Positions 46,943 through 57,123 of a stretch of DNA of 64,000 bases are shown here, one piece after another. Position 1 is the first letter of the stretch. Every line of letters starts with the position of its first letter. The notes beneath the pieces are model-generated. The model searched no databases and was not told the origin of the DNA. It saw only the letters and a list, made by a program, of their open reading frames with translations. The translations under genes and the position numbers were made by a program. Source of the stretch: a virus (Duplodnaviria > Caudoviricetes); the IMG/VR virus record IMGVR_UViG_3300028805_002025, positions 160,001-224,000 of that record; one strand, written 5' to 3'.

Positions 46943-48730
46943 TTACTCGAAATTCATCGTTATTACATTAGCGGCATCTGTCACAGCACCAGTATTGCCT
47001 ACATTATACAAGTAAGCAACTTGGTTAATCTTGCCGAAGTTATTTGCATTAACTTTCACACCGTTGTATACGCAATCCTTGACATTGATTGTCCAAGTGG
47101 CAATCTTTGATGTATCGCCATTGAGTGCCACGTCATTACTAGCTGGTTGGAATATCATTAATCCAGCCCATTTGATGTCACTCTTCTCAGCATTCTCATA
47201 CGTCCAAGTGACGTTCTCAAAGTTGATGGTAACACCAGTTGCATTTCCATAGTTTGCCATTCTCAAAATATTAGAGGCATCGACCTTAAGGTTGAAATAA
47301 GAGTCCTTAATTGTGATAACGGCATCGTTAGCTACTGTATACACGTTGCACACGTTATGTGTAAGCATTGTGTTGTCAACCGTTACGTTGCTTGCATTAA
47401 AGCTCTTCACAAAGTTTGCCGTATCAGCGGTTGCTTGTGAACCCTCAAATACATTATATGCAGTAGAACCGCTCTCAACCTCTACGTTGTCAATGCTCAT
47501 ATTAGGGGTGTTGAAAATAATCTTTCCGTTTGTAGCACCCTTATTGCCATTAATTACTACATTGTCAACAGTAATGTTCTTGGCATTAAGCTTGATGTCG
47601 GATGAAGGAATATTTGCGTTTGACACAAATAGTGAATTATACTTTACGTCACTTGTCAATGTTGCAATTGTGTTCGCATCAGTAAGTACAACGTTACTTG
47701 TATTAGCATCAGCAGCACTTGGAATCTCGTTTACAACCGTCTGGTAGTCATAGTAACCCATGTCCAATTCCTTATTCAGCTTGATTCCCTCTGCATCAAC
47801 ATAGATTGGGTTTACGATACCATCACCAATCATGGAAGCAGCGTGAGCCTTAATCTTGTTATTTGCAAGAATCTTGATACCATCGCTCTCATGAAGCCTT
47901 GCAGCCTCGATAGCATCATCAATTGCCTTCTGCACACCGTCAAGTTTAAGACCGTTCTCAGACACAGTTAAGAATGCCTCTGAATTACCGTCAATCTTGA
48001 CAGATACCTTGTCACCTATAATCTCAATACCCTTGTCACCAACGTACATATTAACAAGGTCTTTCACGTTGATGTATATAGGTGCTTGACCTTCAACTTG
48101 GAACTGAATCTCAATTGCCTCGTCAGTTCCCTGTGGGTCTGGAGTAAATGTATCGCCATCCCAAGTACCCTTCACAACGGCTGCGTACTTTACGAACTGG
48201 TCTTTAGGAATGTTGATGTGCTCAATCACAGTATTACCTTGAGAAATTGTATAAACAGCTGCGTAATCACCGCTCTGTTGCTCTTTAACAACCCTAACAG
48301 TCATTGCATCCTCAAGGTCAGCAAGAGCCTTTGCCACAGTATTGCTAGCTGTGAACCCTTCACCAAGACGAGCATTCAAATCCTCGATTGCAATGGTAAG
48401 GGTAGTACCATCAATACCGTCACCAATTTTCTCGTTTATAGTAGCAATCGCCTCACGAAGCTCAGTAACGTCAGATGCGCTTCCATCGATGTCAAGGATG
48501 GTATAAGATGACTTACCGCCACCAGAATCTTCCATTTCAGCAGCGTTAGCGTAGAAACCAACCAATGTTCTGATAACTGGGCCTCCACCTAAAGTTGGGT
48601 CAAGATAACGAGCCAACTTAGCAACACCATCATTCGTACCAACTTGAACGAGAGCTTGCTCTGCAAGCTGCTTTGTTGAATAAACCTTACCATTACGTAA
48701 GAGTCCTAATGATTTAATATTTGTAATCAT
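46943..48730 (-). CDS. Fibre protein with C-terminal beta-rich domain
   Basis: N-terminal SLGLLRNG; SEAFLTV..NG.KL module shared with neighbours; internal LDMGYYD. Confidence 0.7.
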   Translation of the reverse strand: MITNIKSLGLLRNGKVYSTKQLAEQALVQVGTNDGVAKLARYLDPTLGGGPVIRTLVGFYANAAEMEDSGGGKSSYTILDIDGSASDVTELREAIATINEKIGDGIDGTTLTIAIEDLNARLGEGFTASNTVAKALADLEDAMTVRVVKEQQSGDYAAVYTISQGNTVIEHINIPKDQFVKYAAVVKGTWDGDTFTPDPQGTDEAIEIQFQVEGQAPIYINVKDLVNMYVGDKGIEIIGDKVSVKIDGNSEAFLTVSENGLKLDGVQKAIDDAIEAARLHESDGIKILANNKIKAHAASMIGDGIVNPIYVDAEGIKLNKELDMGYYDYQTVVNEIPSAADANTSNVVLTDANTIATLTSDVKYNSLFVSNANIPSSDIKLNAKNITVDNVVINGNKGATNGKIIFNTPNMSIDNVEVESGSTAYNVFEGSQATADTANFVKSFNASNVTVDNTMLTHNVCNVYTVANDAVITIKDSYFNLKVDASNILRMANYGNATGVTINFENVTWTYENAEKSDIKWAGLMIFQPASNDVALNGDTSKIATWTINVKDCVYNGVKVNANNFGKINQVAYLYNVGNTGAVTDAANVITMNFE

Positions 48731-48892
48731 AATTTATAAAATATTTTATTATTGTTATTCTTTTATTATAATCTTATTAATAAATATTTTTTCAAAACCA
48801 ATTATTAATAATTTGTCAAATAAAAAAAATCGAGGATAAGACTTTTTAATCTTACCCTCTTTTTTTCTTGAGTTTTCAAAATTATGGAATCT

Positions 48893-50797
48893 TTAATTGT
48901 ATGTTTCATGCGCAAGCATTGCAAGAAGGTCGTTCACTTTCATGAATTCACCTTCTATCCAAAGATACATAGTGCCATCCTTTCTAATTTCAACAGCGTT
49001 CTTCCTATCTTCGTCAGATGTTCCAATACCAATACTAAATGCAGTCTGTGCTGAAGGTTCTTCTCCAGTATTACTTATATTATATGTACCGAATGCAACC
49101 TCATACTCGTTTGTTCTAACAAGAGTAGGGTTTGTCACAATGCCTATTTCATCCTCAAGCTCATGGAACTCACGATGAAGTACGTCAAGAACACCGTTAC
49201 CTGTATTGGTGTAATTATCAACAGTCTCTCCAGTATATGTTGTGATAACATTTAACCTATTATATATATGTCTAGTATCAGCACTCCAACCACTATATAT
49301 AATATCGTTGAGGTCATCAATCTGACTCTGCAAATAACCATCAGTACCTACCCTATTTGTAGTTTCTAATGCTAATGCATTTGTAAGGTCGCTTCTTACT
49401 CCCCCAACCTTGTCATTTACAGTATCATCAACATATGTTTTATTGGCTTTCTTGGCTAGGTCTGTATCTATTCTATCTAACTTGTTGTTGATATATGTCT
49501 CTACACCATTAAATTTGTTATCAGTATAATTATTAGCCTCTTGAACTCCAATTGTTTTCTGATACACGGCATATTTTTTAGCACCCCATATGGTGTCATC
49601 ATTCATTGAATCGCCACTAGTACCAACAAGAGTTTTATCACCATTTATTCTATCTTGAATCTCTTGGTCGAGTCTTTCATCAATACTACCAATCATACCA
49701 CTGATTGCAGCAACAGTTGTAACAGCAGACTCAGCCTTTGCGTCTATAGCATCAATGGTATTTGCTAATGCAGCATCACCATCTATTCTATCTTGAATCT
49801 CTTGATTCAAAGACGTTCTTAACTGTGACACTTTGTTATCAACCTCTTGAACATCAGTCTTATCGGCTTTTTTCCTGTCCATTTGGTTGAACATATCCTC
49901 AACGTCACTAGTGTATGCGCTGAATGTTCTCTTATCAAGCTTCTTGCCAAGTTCCGTGTTAACATCTTCTATATCGCTTTCTATATTGCTAATTGTGGTA
50001 TTAATAGAAGATATATCACCGCTTATAGAAGATATATTATCCTCTATATTACCTATTATTCCATCAGTGGTAGCAGTATATGTTATGAATGAACCACTAA
50101 GTTCTTGAAGGTCTGCCTTCAATGCGAACTTATCTGGGTCAATTTGAGGAATATTGTCTATCTCTTCTTGCAATGTATCTATAGCACCACTTAATACTTG
50201 AATATCGCCTGTGATACTCGATATGCTTTCTTGCTCAATAGATATAATGTCATCTATCTCATCCTTTGTGTATACATCTTCCTTCTTTGCATATGTATCT
50301 TCAGCTTCATCCTTATCTAATTTACTAGCCAAAGAATCTTGCAATGTATCTATAGCGCCACTTAATGCTTCAATGTCTTCTGTAACTCCGCTTACATCTA
50401 CAATTTGCTGTTTAATCGATTCAACCTCTCCACTCAATGTATTTAGGTCATCGTCTATAGATGTAACACTTGTTATGATTTCATTGATTTTATTCGTTAC
50501 CTCTTCATCATATTCTTCAAGTGCTGTTATCCTTTCAGTATTTCCACTGATTACATTTGCGAAGTTTGTATTTATATCACTCTGTAGACTAATGAATGCT
50601 TCTGTCTTTGCACTGAGTTCATTGACTATGGAAAGGTCAGCCTTGCCCTTCGTAGCACCGCTGAGTTCACTGATTTCCTCGTCTTGCTCCTTGTTTATCT
50701 TGTTGATTTCACTTAAATCAACGCTTCCAATAGCACTTGTAAATACATTTTGGTCTGGAAAGCCATAAAATTCTAAGTGTCTAACTTTTTTTCCCAT
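48893..50797 (-). CDS. Long coiled-coil fibre protein with YadA-like C-terminal motif
   Basis: Heptad-rich; C-terminal AFGTYN...AFSIGIGTS...RKNAVEI..DG. Confidence 0.72.
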   Translation of the reverse strand: MGKKVRHLEFYGFPDQNVFTSAIGSVDLSEINKINKEQDEEISELSGATKGKADLSIVNELSAKTEAFISLQSDINTNFANVISGNTERITALEEYDEEVTNKINEIITSVTSIDDDLNTLSGEVESIKQQIVDVSGVTEDIEALSGAIDTLQDSLASKLDKDEAEDTYAKKEDVYTKDEIDDIISIEQESISSITGDIQVLSGAIDTLQEEIDNIPQIDPDKFALKADLQELSGSFITYTATTDGIIGNIEDNISSISGDISSINTTISNIESDIEDVNTELGKKLDKRTFSAYTSDVEDMFNQMDRKKADKTDVQEVDNKVSQLRTSLNQEIQDRIDGDAALANTIDAIDAKAESAVTTVAAISGMIGSIDERLDQEIQDRINGDKTLVGTSGDSMNDDTIWGAKKYAVYQKTIGVQEANNYTDNKFNGVETYINNKLDRIDTDLAKKANKTYVDDTVNDKVGGVRSDLTNALALETTNRVGTDGYLQSQIDDLNDIIYSGWSADTRHIYNRLNVITTYTGETVDNYTNTGNGVLDVLHREFHELEDEIGIVTNPTLVRTNEYEVAFGTYNISNTGEEPSAQTAFSIGIGTSDEDRKNAVEIRKDGTMYLWIEGEFMKVNDLLAMLAHETYN

Positions 50798-50952
50798 AAT
50801 TTATACAATTACATTTTTATATAAATATTTCAAATTATCGATTAATATACAATATAAGAAAAATTAAAAAAATTCTTCTCAAAAACAGCAACTTTTGTTA
50901 GTTAGGTGATAATTGTTATCAGCTAACATAATGAAAACAAAATACATAAATT

Positions 50953-51069
50953 ATGAGAAGAAGAACTTTATTGAAATCAAGCAAAGATGGTTCTCAACTA
51001 GGAGAGCCAATACCACCATTGAGCGTATTACATCACAGAATGGAATTTTTAAAGAAGAAGAATGGCTAG
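50953..51069 (+). CDS. 38-aa mini-ORF (MRRRTLLKS...) or relic resembling the start of adhesin 34679..37252
   Basis: 28/32 nt match to the start region of the gene beginning at 37252; AAATTATG start context; followed by a terminator at 51112-51151. Confidence 0.4.
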   Translation: MRRRTLLKSSKDGSQLGEPIPPLSVLHHRMEFLKKKNG

Positions 51070-51111
51070 ATGCTTATTTAAATTAAAAACAATTATACAT
51101 TAACTATATTG

Positions 51112-51151
51112 AAAAAAAGGAGGGTAAGACAACGCATCTTACCCCCTTTTT
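51112..51151. terminator. Bidirectional intrinsic terminator (similar hairpin at 48832-48866)
   Basis: AAAAAAAGGAGGGTAAGA-caacgca-TCTTACCCCCTTTT. Confidence 0.75.
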
Positions 51152-51176
51152 ATATATAGATTAATTAAAGTTTTGC

Positions 51177-52172
51177 TTAATATTCTCCGCAGTCAATAAG
51201 GTTCACATCAGCTTGTACTGTTGTCTTACCGCTAACATTTCTTGTAATGGTGAAACCAACATTATGTGCATCATCCTTTGCAACGAAATCATATTCCTCG
51301 ATAAGTTCAGCCAATGGAACTCTCACCTCAATTGGTTCAGCAGATGAAGATGTGTGATATACAATCACAAGTTCCTCAGTCTCTTTATCATATGAAATGG
51401 AGTCAATGATAGAACCAGCATTAAGTGGTTTTTCAACTCCATTTACAATCAATGCGTTTGTTGCTGCATTATAGTCAACCTCAGTATATATGCCATCATT
51501 CTTAACTATAATTATATTACCTTCTACAGCACTAACGTTGACATCAGCCTTAACTTTCTGTGTCCCATCAATTGCTTCTTCCTTTGTAAGAGTTACCGTG
51601 TTAGTGTTCTCAACGGTTGTGATTGATTTTCCACTGATTTCATCAATCTTCTCAACAAGTGATTTTCCACTTACGTCCTCACCCATGCCGATGAAGTCCT
51701 CAACAGCCTTAATTTCATCTGAAAGCTTTGTATCAGCATCCTTCAAAGATGTCGCACCACTGATGAATTTTGCATTTGGGTCTGCTGTATATGTACCATC
51801 AGCATTAAGTCCAGCGGCTTCAATGATTGCATCAATCAACCCATCAGCATCGTCAATGCTATCAATAATATCAGCAATCTGCTTAACAAAGCTTCCTTCT
51901 GCTGCGTTTGGGTCTTCAGTACCATCATCCTTAATACCAAGCTTATTCAATATTGTTTGGTTATCAACGAAGAAAATCTTATCTTGCGCCTTGATACCTA
52001 ACACATTGGCTATAGTGCCGTTAACACTCTTAGTGTCCATATATGAACCAAGTATGAACTCACCATCTGCCAAGGTTGAATCCAATGATAGTATTCTCTG
52101 TTTAGCCTCTTCAACACTAATAGCAGGTACACCATTTCTCTTAAATTGTATAGTTCTTAATACGTTTCCCAT
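51177..52172 (-). CDS. Fibre connector protein
   Basis: N-terminal RTIQFKRNG...LADGE; C-terminal LIDCGEY. Confidence 0.75.
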   Translation of the reverse strand: MGNVLRTIQFKRNGVPAISVEEAKQRILSLDSTLADGEFILGSYMDTKSVNGTIANVLGIKAQDKIFFVDNQTILNKLGIKDDGTEDPNAAEGSFVKQIADIIDSIDDADGLIDAIIEAAGLNADGTYTADPNAKFISGATSLKDADTKLSDEIKAVEDFIGMGEDVSGKSLVEKIDEISGKSITTVENTNTVTLTKEEAIDGTQKVKADVNVSAVEGNIIIVKNDGIYTEVDYNAATNALIVNGVEKPLNAGSIIDSISYDKETEELVIVYHTSSSAEPIEVRVPLAELIEEYDFVAKDDAHNVGFTITRNVSGKTTVQADVNLIDCGEY

Positions 52173-52215
52173 AATCAAATTATATAATTTATTATTTGTT
52201 AATTATTTTTATTCG

Positions 52216-54690
52216 TTAATATGTACCACAATCAATGTCACCATTGAATATAATACCATCATTTGTTCTGTCAACCACAATTAAGTTTGATTCATCTGTT
52301 GAAATCTTAACATCACCCTTAAGTGTGTTTGCTCTGTCTCTTTCAAGATGTAATGTAGCAGAATCTTCAACTCCAAGGCTTTCCTCAAAGTACTCTCTCA
52401 ATGTGTCAAGTGCTCCGCTTACAGAATCAATAGGTGCTCTTGATACGTACAATGCACCATCATCCATTACCAAGATGTTGTCATCGTGACTATCGTTTAT
52501 AACTACTGAAGCCTTCAATATATCTTGTTCTGTTGTTCCGCTAGCAACTCTTACCTTTTCAAGTTGAACTGCGTGTGGATGTCCATCTTCAACTCTCCAT
52601 TCGTTAATCAAGTCACCTACAGGAATCTCAACAGTCTTAACCTCATGTCCGTTATTCAGATAAGTAATAACAATAGCTTCCTTACTTGGATTGTATTCAA
52701 TACTGATGATTGAAGACATACTCTCAAGTTGAATCTCCTTCTCGCCATTGGTTGTGGTGAAGATAAGCTTATTAGCTTCCTCTATGTAAGAAAGGTTAAC
52801 ACCTGCATACAAGCCATCTGCATTAAGTTTGATTATGTTCTCTCTACCATGCTCAACCTCTTCGCTTAAATTAACGCTGATAACAGGTTTTGTTGACTCT
52901 GTCTTATCAATATTAATTGACTTGTCAGTATTGATAATATCCTTAAGGCTATTTGCAGAATCACCACTAATTGTATCTATCTCTGATTGCAGTATATTGA
53001 TTTCATCTTCAATTCCATTAATCTTTGCATCGTGTTCTGCATCATTTTCAGTTGAACGTTCAATCTCAGAATCAATCTTACCATTAATTCTTGCTTCTTC
53101 ATTGCTTGCACGTTCTACCTCTTCAGATAGTCCATTTGTTAATGTTTCTACATTGTTCTCAATATTACGTATTCTTCCATTGAATGTAGTATCTGCATCC
53201 TTCAATGCATCAATTTCATCAGCGACATTAGAATTTCTTCCATACTTAATGTTATCGGCAGTACCCTTAACATAGAGCATATGGTTATTATCAACAAGGA
53301 TGTTATCATCTGCTCTTAATATCTTAACGTCAGCAGATACCTTGTCAGCACCGTGAATGATTCTAGCTCTGTCTATGAACACGTTATGTCCTTCATTTTG
53401 AGGTTCCCATTCCCAGCTATCCATCATTTCTCCGATTGGAATCTTAACCTTCTGCTGTTTTCCATTACCATCTGTATAAAGGATTACAAGTGATTCTGTT
53501 GCTGCCTCATAATAAATGTCATCGAACAACTTGAATGAATTAAGCTGAATTCTAGTTTCTTTCTTTCTTTCTTCCTCATCATTTGTTGATGTCGTGAATA
53601 CAAGTGTATTCTCACTGCTTATATATTCAAGTTTTGTAGAAGCAAAGAAGCCATCAGCCTTTGATGTGATAATATTATTACTATCAGTTGATATTCTAAT
53701 GGATGACAATTCATCCAATGCTTGCTGAACGTTAGTCTTACCAGTACTACTGTAGTAAACAATATTGGTAGCTTCGCCATCTACATAAAGATAGCGATTA
53801 TCAATTGTCTTCTTCAATATATTATTAACACGCTCATCAGCGATTCTAACATCAGCAGACAATATATCTTGCCAAGGCTCTACGTGATGATGGTCTACTT
53901 CCTCATCATATCCAACCTCTTTCCTTGTAAGCACGATAGGAGACTTTGTTGCCTCACCTTCTACAACCCATTCAGCAAGAAGCTCTTCAAGGTTAATAGT
54001 TATCTCGTCACCGAATCTAGTACGTATGTGCAATGATTCGTCTTGCGGCTTATATATTCCACTAACAATCTCATTACCTGTTATCTTGAATGCCTTTGTT
54101 GTATCATTTACGGTAAAGTTAAGAACACTAGTATCCTCGTCATAATCAACGTCAACGAACATAAACAGTCCGTCATCAGTCTTAATAATATGATTATCCT
54201 CGGCAATTCTGTCAAATACATGGTATTCTGCCACTCTAACGTCACCACTTATAACAGTACCACTATCAGTCTGTTCCGCATACAAGTCCAATGTATCTGA
54301 ACTCTTTGCAATGACTTTGACAAGCTTTGCAAGTTCATTAATCTGTTCTTGAAGGTTGTCAATATCTGATTCTGTCTTATGGGTGTCAATTATACAGAAT
54401 CTGTTCTTTGAATGCCTTTTTCCTTCGTCTTCATTTGTAACAGAGCCTATTGCGAGAATAACGTGTGGGTCAGTCTCATCATCTTTGTTCTTATATCTTA
54501 GAACGGTTGGTTCTCCGAACAATGATAAACCATAAGAAACATCAACCGATGCAAGACCTTCTTCAGCATATTTCACTTCCCTAAAAATGTACTCTATAGC
54601 ATCGTCTCTAGTGTCAAAAACACCTTCAACGGTAGTATAGCCACTTCCAATTCCGTGATGTCTAAATTGTAATCTATTGATTGTATTCAT
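52216..54690 (-). CDS. Proximal fibre protein with threefold internal repeat
   Basis: N-terminal RLQFRHH; repeated N.I....DGL.A...Y....N.L.FTT / Y....E...I.Y...IP.G.L..EW modules; C-terminal DIDCGTY. Confidence 0.72.
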   Translation of the reverse strand: MNTINRLQFRHHGIGSGYTTVEGVFDTRDDAIEYIFREVKYAEEGLASVDVSYGLSLFGEPTVLRYKNKDDETDPHVILAIGSVTNEDEGKRHSKNRFCIIDTHKTESDIDNLQEQINELAKLVKVIAKSSDTLDLYAEQTDSGTVISGDVRVAEYHVFDRIAEDNHIIKTDDGLFMFVDVDYDEDTSVLNFTVNDTTKAFKITGNEIVSGIYKPQDESLHIRTRFGDEITINLEELLAEWVVEGEATKSPIVLTRKEVGYDEEVDHHHVEPWQDILSADVRIADERVNNILKKTIDNRYLYVDGEATNIVYYSSTGKTNVQQALDELSSIRISTDSNNIITSKADGFFASTKLEYISSENTLVFTTSTNDEEERKKETRIQLNSFKLFDDIYYEAATESLVILYTDGNGKQQKVKIPIGEMMDSWEWEPQNEGHNVFIDRARIIHGADKVSADVKILRADDNILVDNNHMLYVKGTADNIKYGRNSNVADEIDALKDADTTFNGRIRNIENNVETLTNGLSEEVERASNEEARINGKIDSEIERSTENDAEHDAKINGIEDEINILQSEIDTISGDSANSLKDIINTDKSINIDKTESTKPVISVNLSEEVEHGRENIIKLNADGLYAGVNLSYIEEANKLIFTTTNGEKEIQLESMSSIISIEYNPSKEAIVITYLNNGHEVKTVEIPVGDLINEWRVEDGHPHAVQLEKVRVASGTTEQDILKASVVINDSHDDNILVMDDGALYVSRAPIDSVSGALDTLREYFEESLGVEDSATLHLERDRANTLKGDVKISTDESNLIVVDRTNDGIIFNGDIDCGTY

Positions 54691-54719
54691 TTTTAATTGT
54701 ATATTGTTATCAAATATTA

Positions 54720-57023
54720 TTAGATTTCACCGAAGTTTCCGTCAAACTGAACCTTAATGAAATGTTCCTCGTTATTGTCTTTTGTTTTAAGAACCATATT
54801 TGGCTGTTCTCCATCCAAACAAGCATTTAGAACGTATGGATTGTTAGATGGGTCTATCAACTGTCCTTTAATCTCATATTCTCTTGCTGTTGCCCTATCT
54901 TTTTCATCAAATAGTTCTTGTTCAATTTCATCTTCTCTTGCTGTTGCCCTCTCAATTTCAGTCTCTATAGCTCCGCTAAGTACCTCATCAGCAGCGGCAC
55001 GTTCTTCACGTTCTGTATCAATTGCGCCGCTTAAAGCCTCAATCTCTTCTTGAACTTGAACACCTCCTATAGCTTCCCAAAGGTCGGTCTCTGCTGATGT
55101 TGCACGTTCATACTCTTGATTGATAGCATCCCAAAGCTGCCCATCAGTTTCGGTTCTAGCTGAAGCCTCCTTAGCAATAGCCTCCCAAAGCTCTGCATCA
55201 TCTTCCTCAATGTCAGCACGAAGGTCGTCTATTGCGCCACTAAGAACTGTATCGCCACTGATTCTCTCCTCACGCTCTGTAATAATCATTCCACTAAGGA
55301 TTGTATCAGACTTGATACGCTCCTCGCGCTCCTTGATGAGCAATGGAACTATAATATGGATTACTCTCTCTACAACAAGGTCGTCGGTGTTAACCAATAT
55401 CTTGTTACAATTGTCGTCCTCAGTGAACACCCTGTACTCAATGTTGCTCTGTGCAACCTTTGGAATTTCAACCTCGATGCAGTCTGGTACATTGTCCTCG
55501 TACATTACACAAACTTCTGTGGTTGTGCCTGTACCCTGGTCGAAGCATGGGTTCTCAATAACGATGGTGTCACCCTCCTTCATGATTCTCTTCTCCCAGT
55601 AGTATCCGTTCCACTCGTTGATGAACATCTCAACTCTCTTCTGTACAATCTCACCGTTGTTTACCTCAACAACCTCTGGTGCTGTTGCACAATCTGGGTC
55701 ATACTCCTTGAAGTAGCTCTTGTCAGCGTAGTTTGAAGCAAGCCAAACCTGTCCCGCCTCTGGGAACAAGATGGTCTTATAAAGGATACCATCGATATAC
55801 TCACTGTCATAGTAGTTGCTACCATCATAGTCCTTCACAAGTCTTACTGAATAGTAAGGACTTGGGCACTCTGCAACCTGTGTAACGCCCTTCTTCTCAC
55901 AGTCAAATATCTTAACATATCTGTCCTGGGTTGGGTCATTGTGAACATGAGTTGAAGTCCAGAAGAATGCTTGCTCACGGAACTGAAGCGCCTCCACTCT
56001 GTTCTGTCTCTGACGATATACAGCAGTACCAGCAGGAAGTATAGTCATACCATACTTGTCAACTCCAACTGGAGACTCTGGCTTGTAGTCTGGAACATCG
56101 TTGTTGAAATCCTCAATGTCACCGTTGCAGTCTGGATTTCCTGGCTCTACGAAGTAGTCCTCATCCTCAAGTGTGCATCCTGTATTAGGCTTCGTTACGT
56201 TGCACTCACAATCTGGCTGATTGCACCATCCGCACTCTGACTTAAGGAACTTACCTGCCATGCATCCAAGCTCGATGTGGCACTGTGCTGAACCATGCTC
56301 ACGGCAATGCTTACCTGGGTCACAAGGCTCTATAGAGTTCAAAAGAGCATCCCAGTCAGCCTTAGTAGGCACTCTCCATGCGAATCTCTCGTCTTCCTTT
56401 GAGTTCCTGCTGACATACAGCTCCTTCATCCTAGCCTCAATCTTATCAAGAGCAACACCGTTGTAAAGGTATCCGTAGTCATTCACATATTCCTTCGTAA
56501 CGTATCTTGTTCCAAGCTTAGCTACTTCTGGAAGTGTACCACCAGTAGTGAGGTCGAAGACACTCAAAGCTGGGGCTAACATACCTGTCTTCTCCACACC
56601 AGCTATACCAAGTGGAGACTGCATAGTACCATTGCCCTTAAGCGTACCGTCTGTAATGACCTTGGTAAGGATATCGCTACCGATGATGTCCATAAGGTTG
56701 TCTGCTGTAAGAATGTTGGCAATTGATACCGTCTTCTTACCATCAACGCAATCATAGGAAATTGTCAATGTAGTTCCACTCTCACCACACTCAGCGTTTA
56801 CTTCAAGGTTGTATGTGACATCATAAAGAGGAACAATAAGCTTCTCGCCATTGTTTCTAGTAAGTACAAGAGTCTTCTCGTCTCTGATAAACTCTGCCTT
56901 CTTAATGTCATTGTCCTTGAGGGTCAAGAAGTTGTGGTCTATCTCATTGATAGTCAACTTACAGTTCTTTGTTACGTCCTCTGGGTATGGGCTTACTAAT
57001 TTGTAGTAATAAAGTCCGTTCAT
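54720..57023 (-). CDS. Fibre anchor protein with FISUMP (Fibrobacter succinogenes major paralogous)-like domain
   Basis: N-terminal LT.NEID.NF..L; YGYLYN, WRVPTKADW..L, AGKFLKS..GW, DKYGMTILPAG, FWTST, YSVRLVKD; coiled coil; C-terminal NFGEI. Confidence 0.75.
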   Translation of the reverse strand: MNGLYYYKLVSPYPEDVTKNCKLTINEIDHNFLTLKDNDIKKAEFIRDEKTLVLTRNNGEKLIVPLYDVTYNLEVNAECGESGTTLTISYDCVDGKKTVSIANILTADNLMDIIGSDILTKVITDGTLKGNGTMQSPLGIAGVEKTGMLAPALSVFDLTTGGTLPEVAKLGTRYVTKEYVNDYGYLYNGVALDKIEARMKELYVSRNSKEDERFAWRVPTKADWDALLNSIEPCDPGKHCREHGSAQCHIELGCMAGKFLKSECGWCNQPDCECNVTKPNTGCTLEDEDYFVEPGNPDCNGDIEDFNNDVPDYKPESPVGVDKYGMTILPAGTAVYRQRQNRVEALQFREQAFFWTSTHVHNDPTQDRYVKIFDCEKKGVTQVAECPSPYYSVRLVKDYDGSNYYDSEYIDGILYKTILFPEAGQVWLASNYADKSYFKEYDPDCATAPEVVEVNNGEIVQKRVEMFINEWNGYYWEKRIMKEGDTIVIENPCFDQGTGTTTEVCVMYEDNVPDCIEVEIPKVAQSNIEYRVFTEDDNCNKILVNTDDLVVERVIHIIVPLLIKEREERIKSDTILSGMIITEREERISGDTVLSGAIDDLRADIEEDDAELWEAIAKEASARTETDGQLWDAINQEYERATSAETDLWEAIGGVQVQEEIEALSGAIDTEREERAAADEVLSGAIETEIERATAREDEIEQELFDEKDRATAREYEIKGQLIDPSNNPYVLNACLDGEQPNMVLKTKDNNEEHFIKVQFDGNFGEI

Positions 57024-57123
57024 ATCTTGTTATTATTTTAATAATAAATATAGAAAGTTTCTAACTTGTTTTCCTTTTTTATCATATTTATATGGAGAAA
57101 TATGTATAAACCCTACAAAAATT

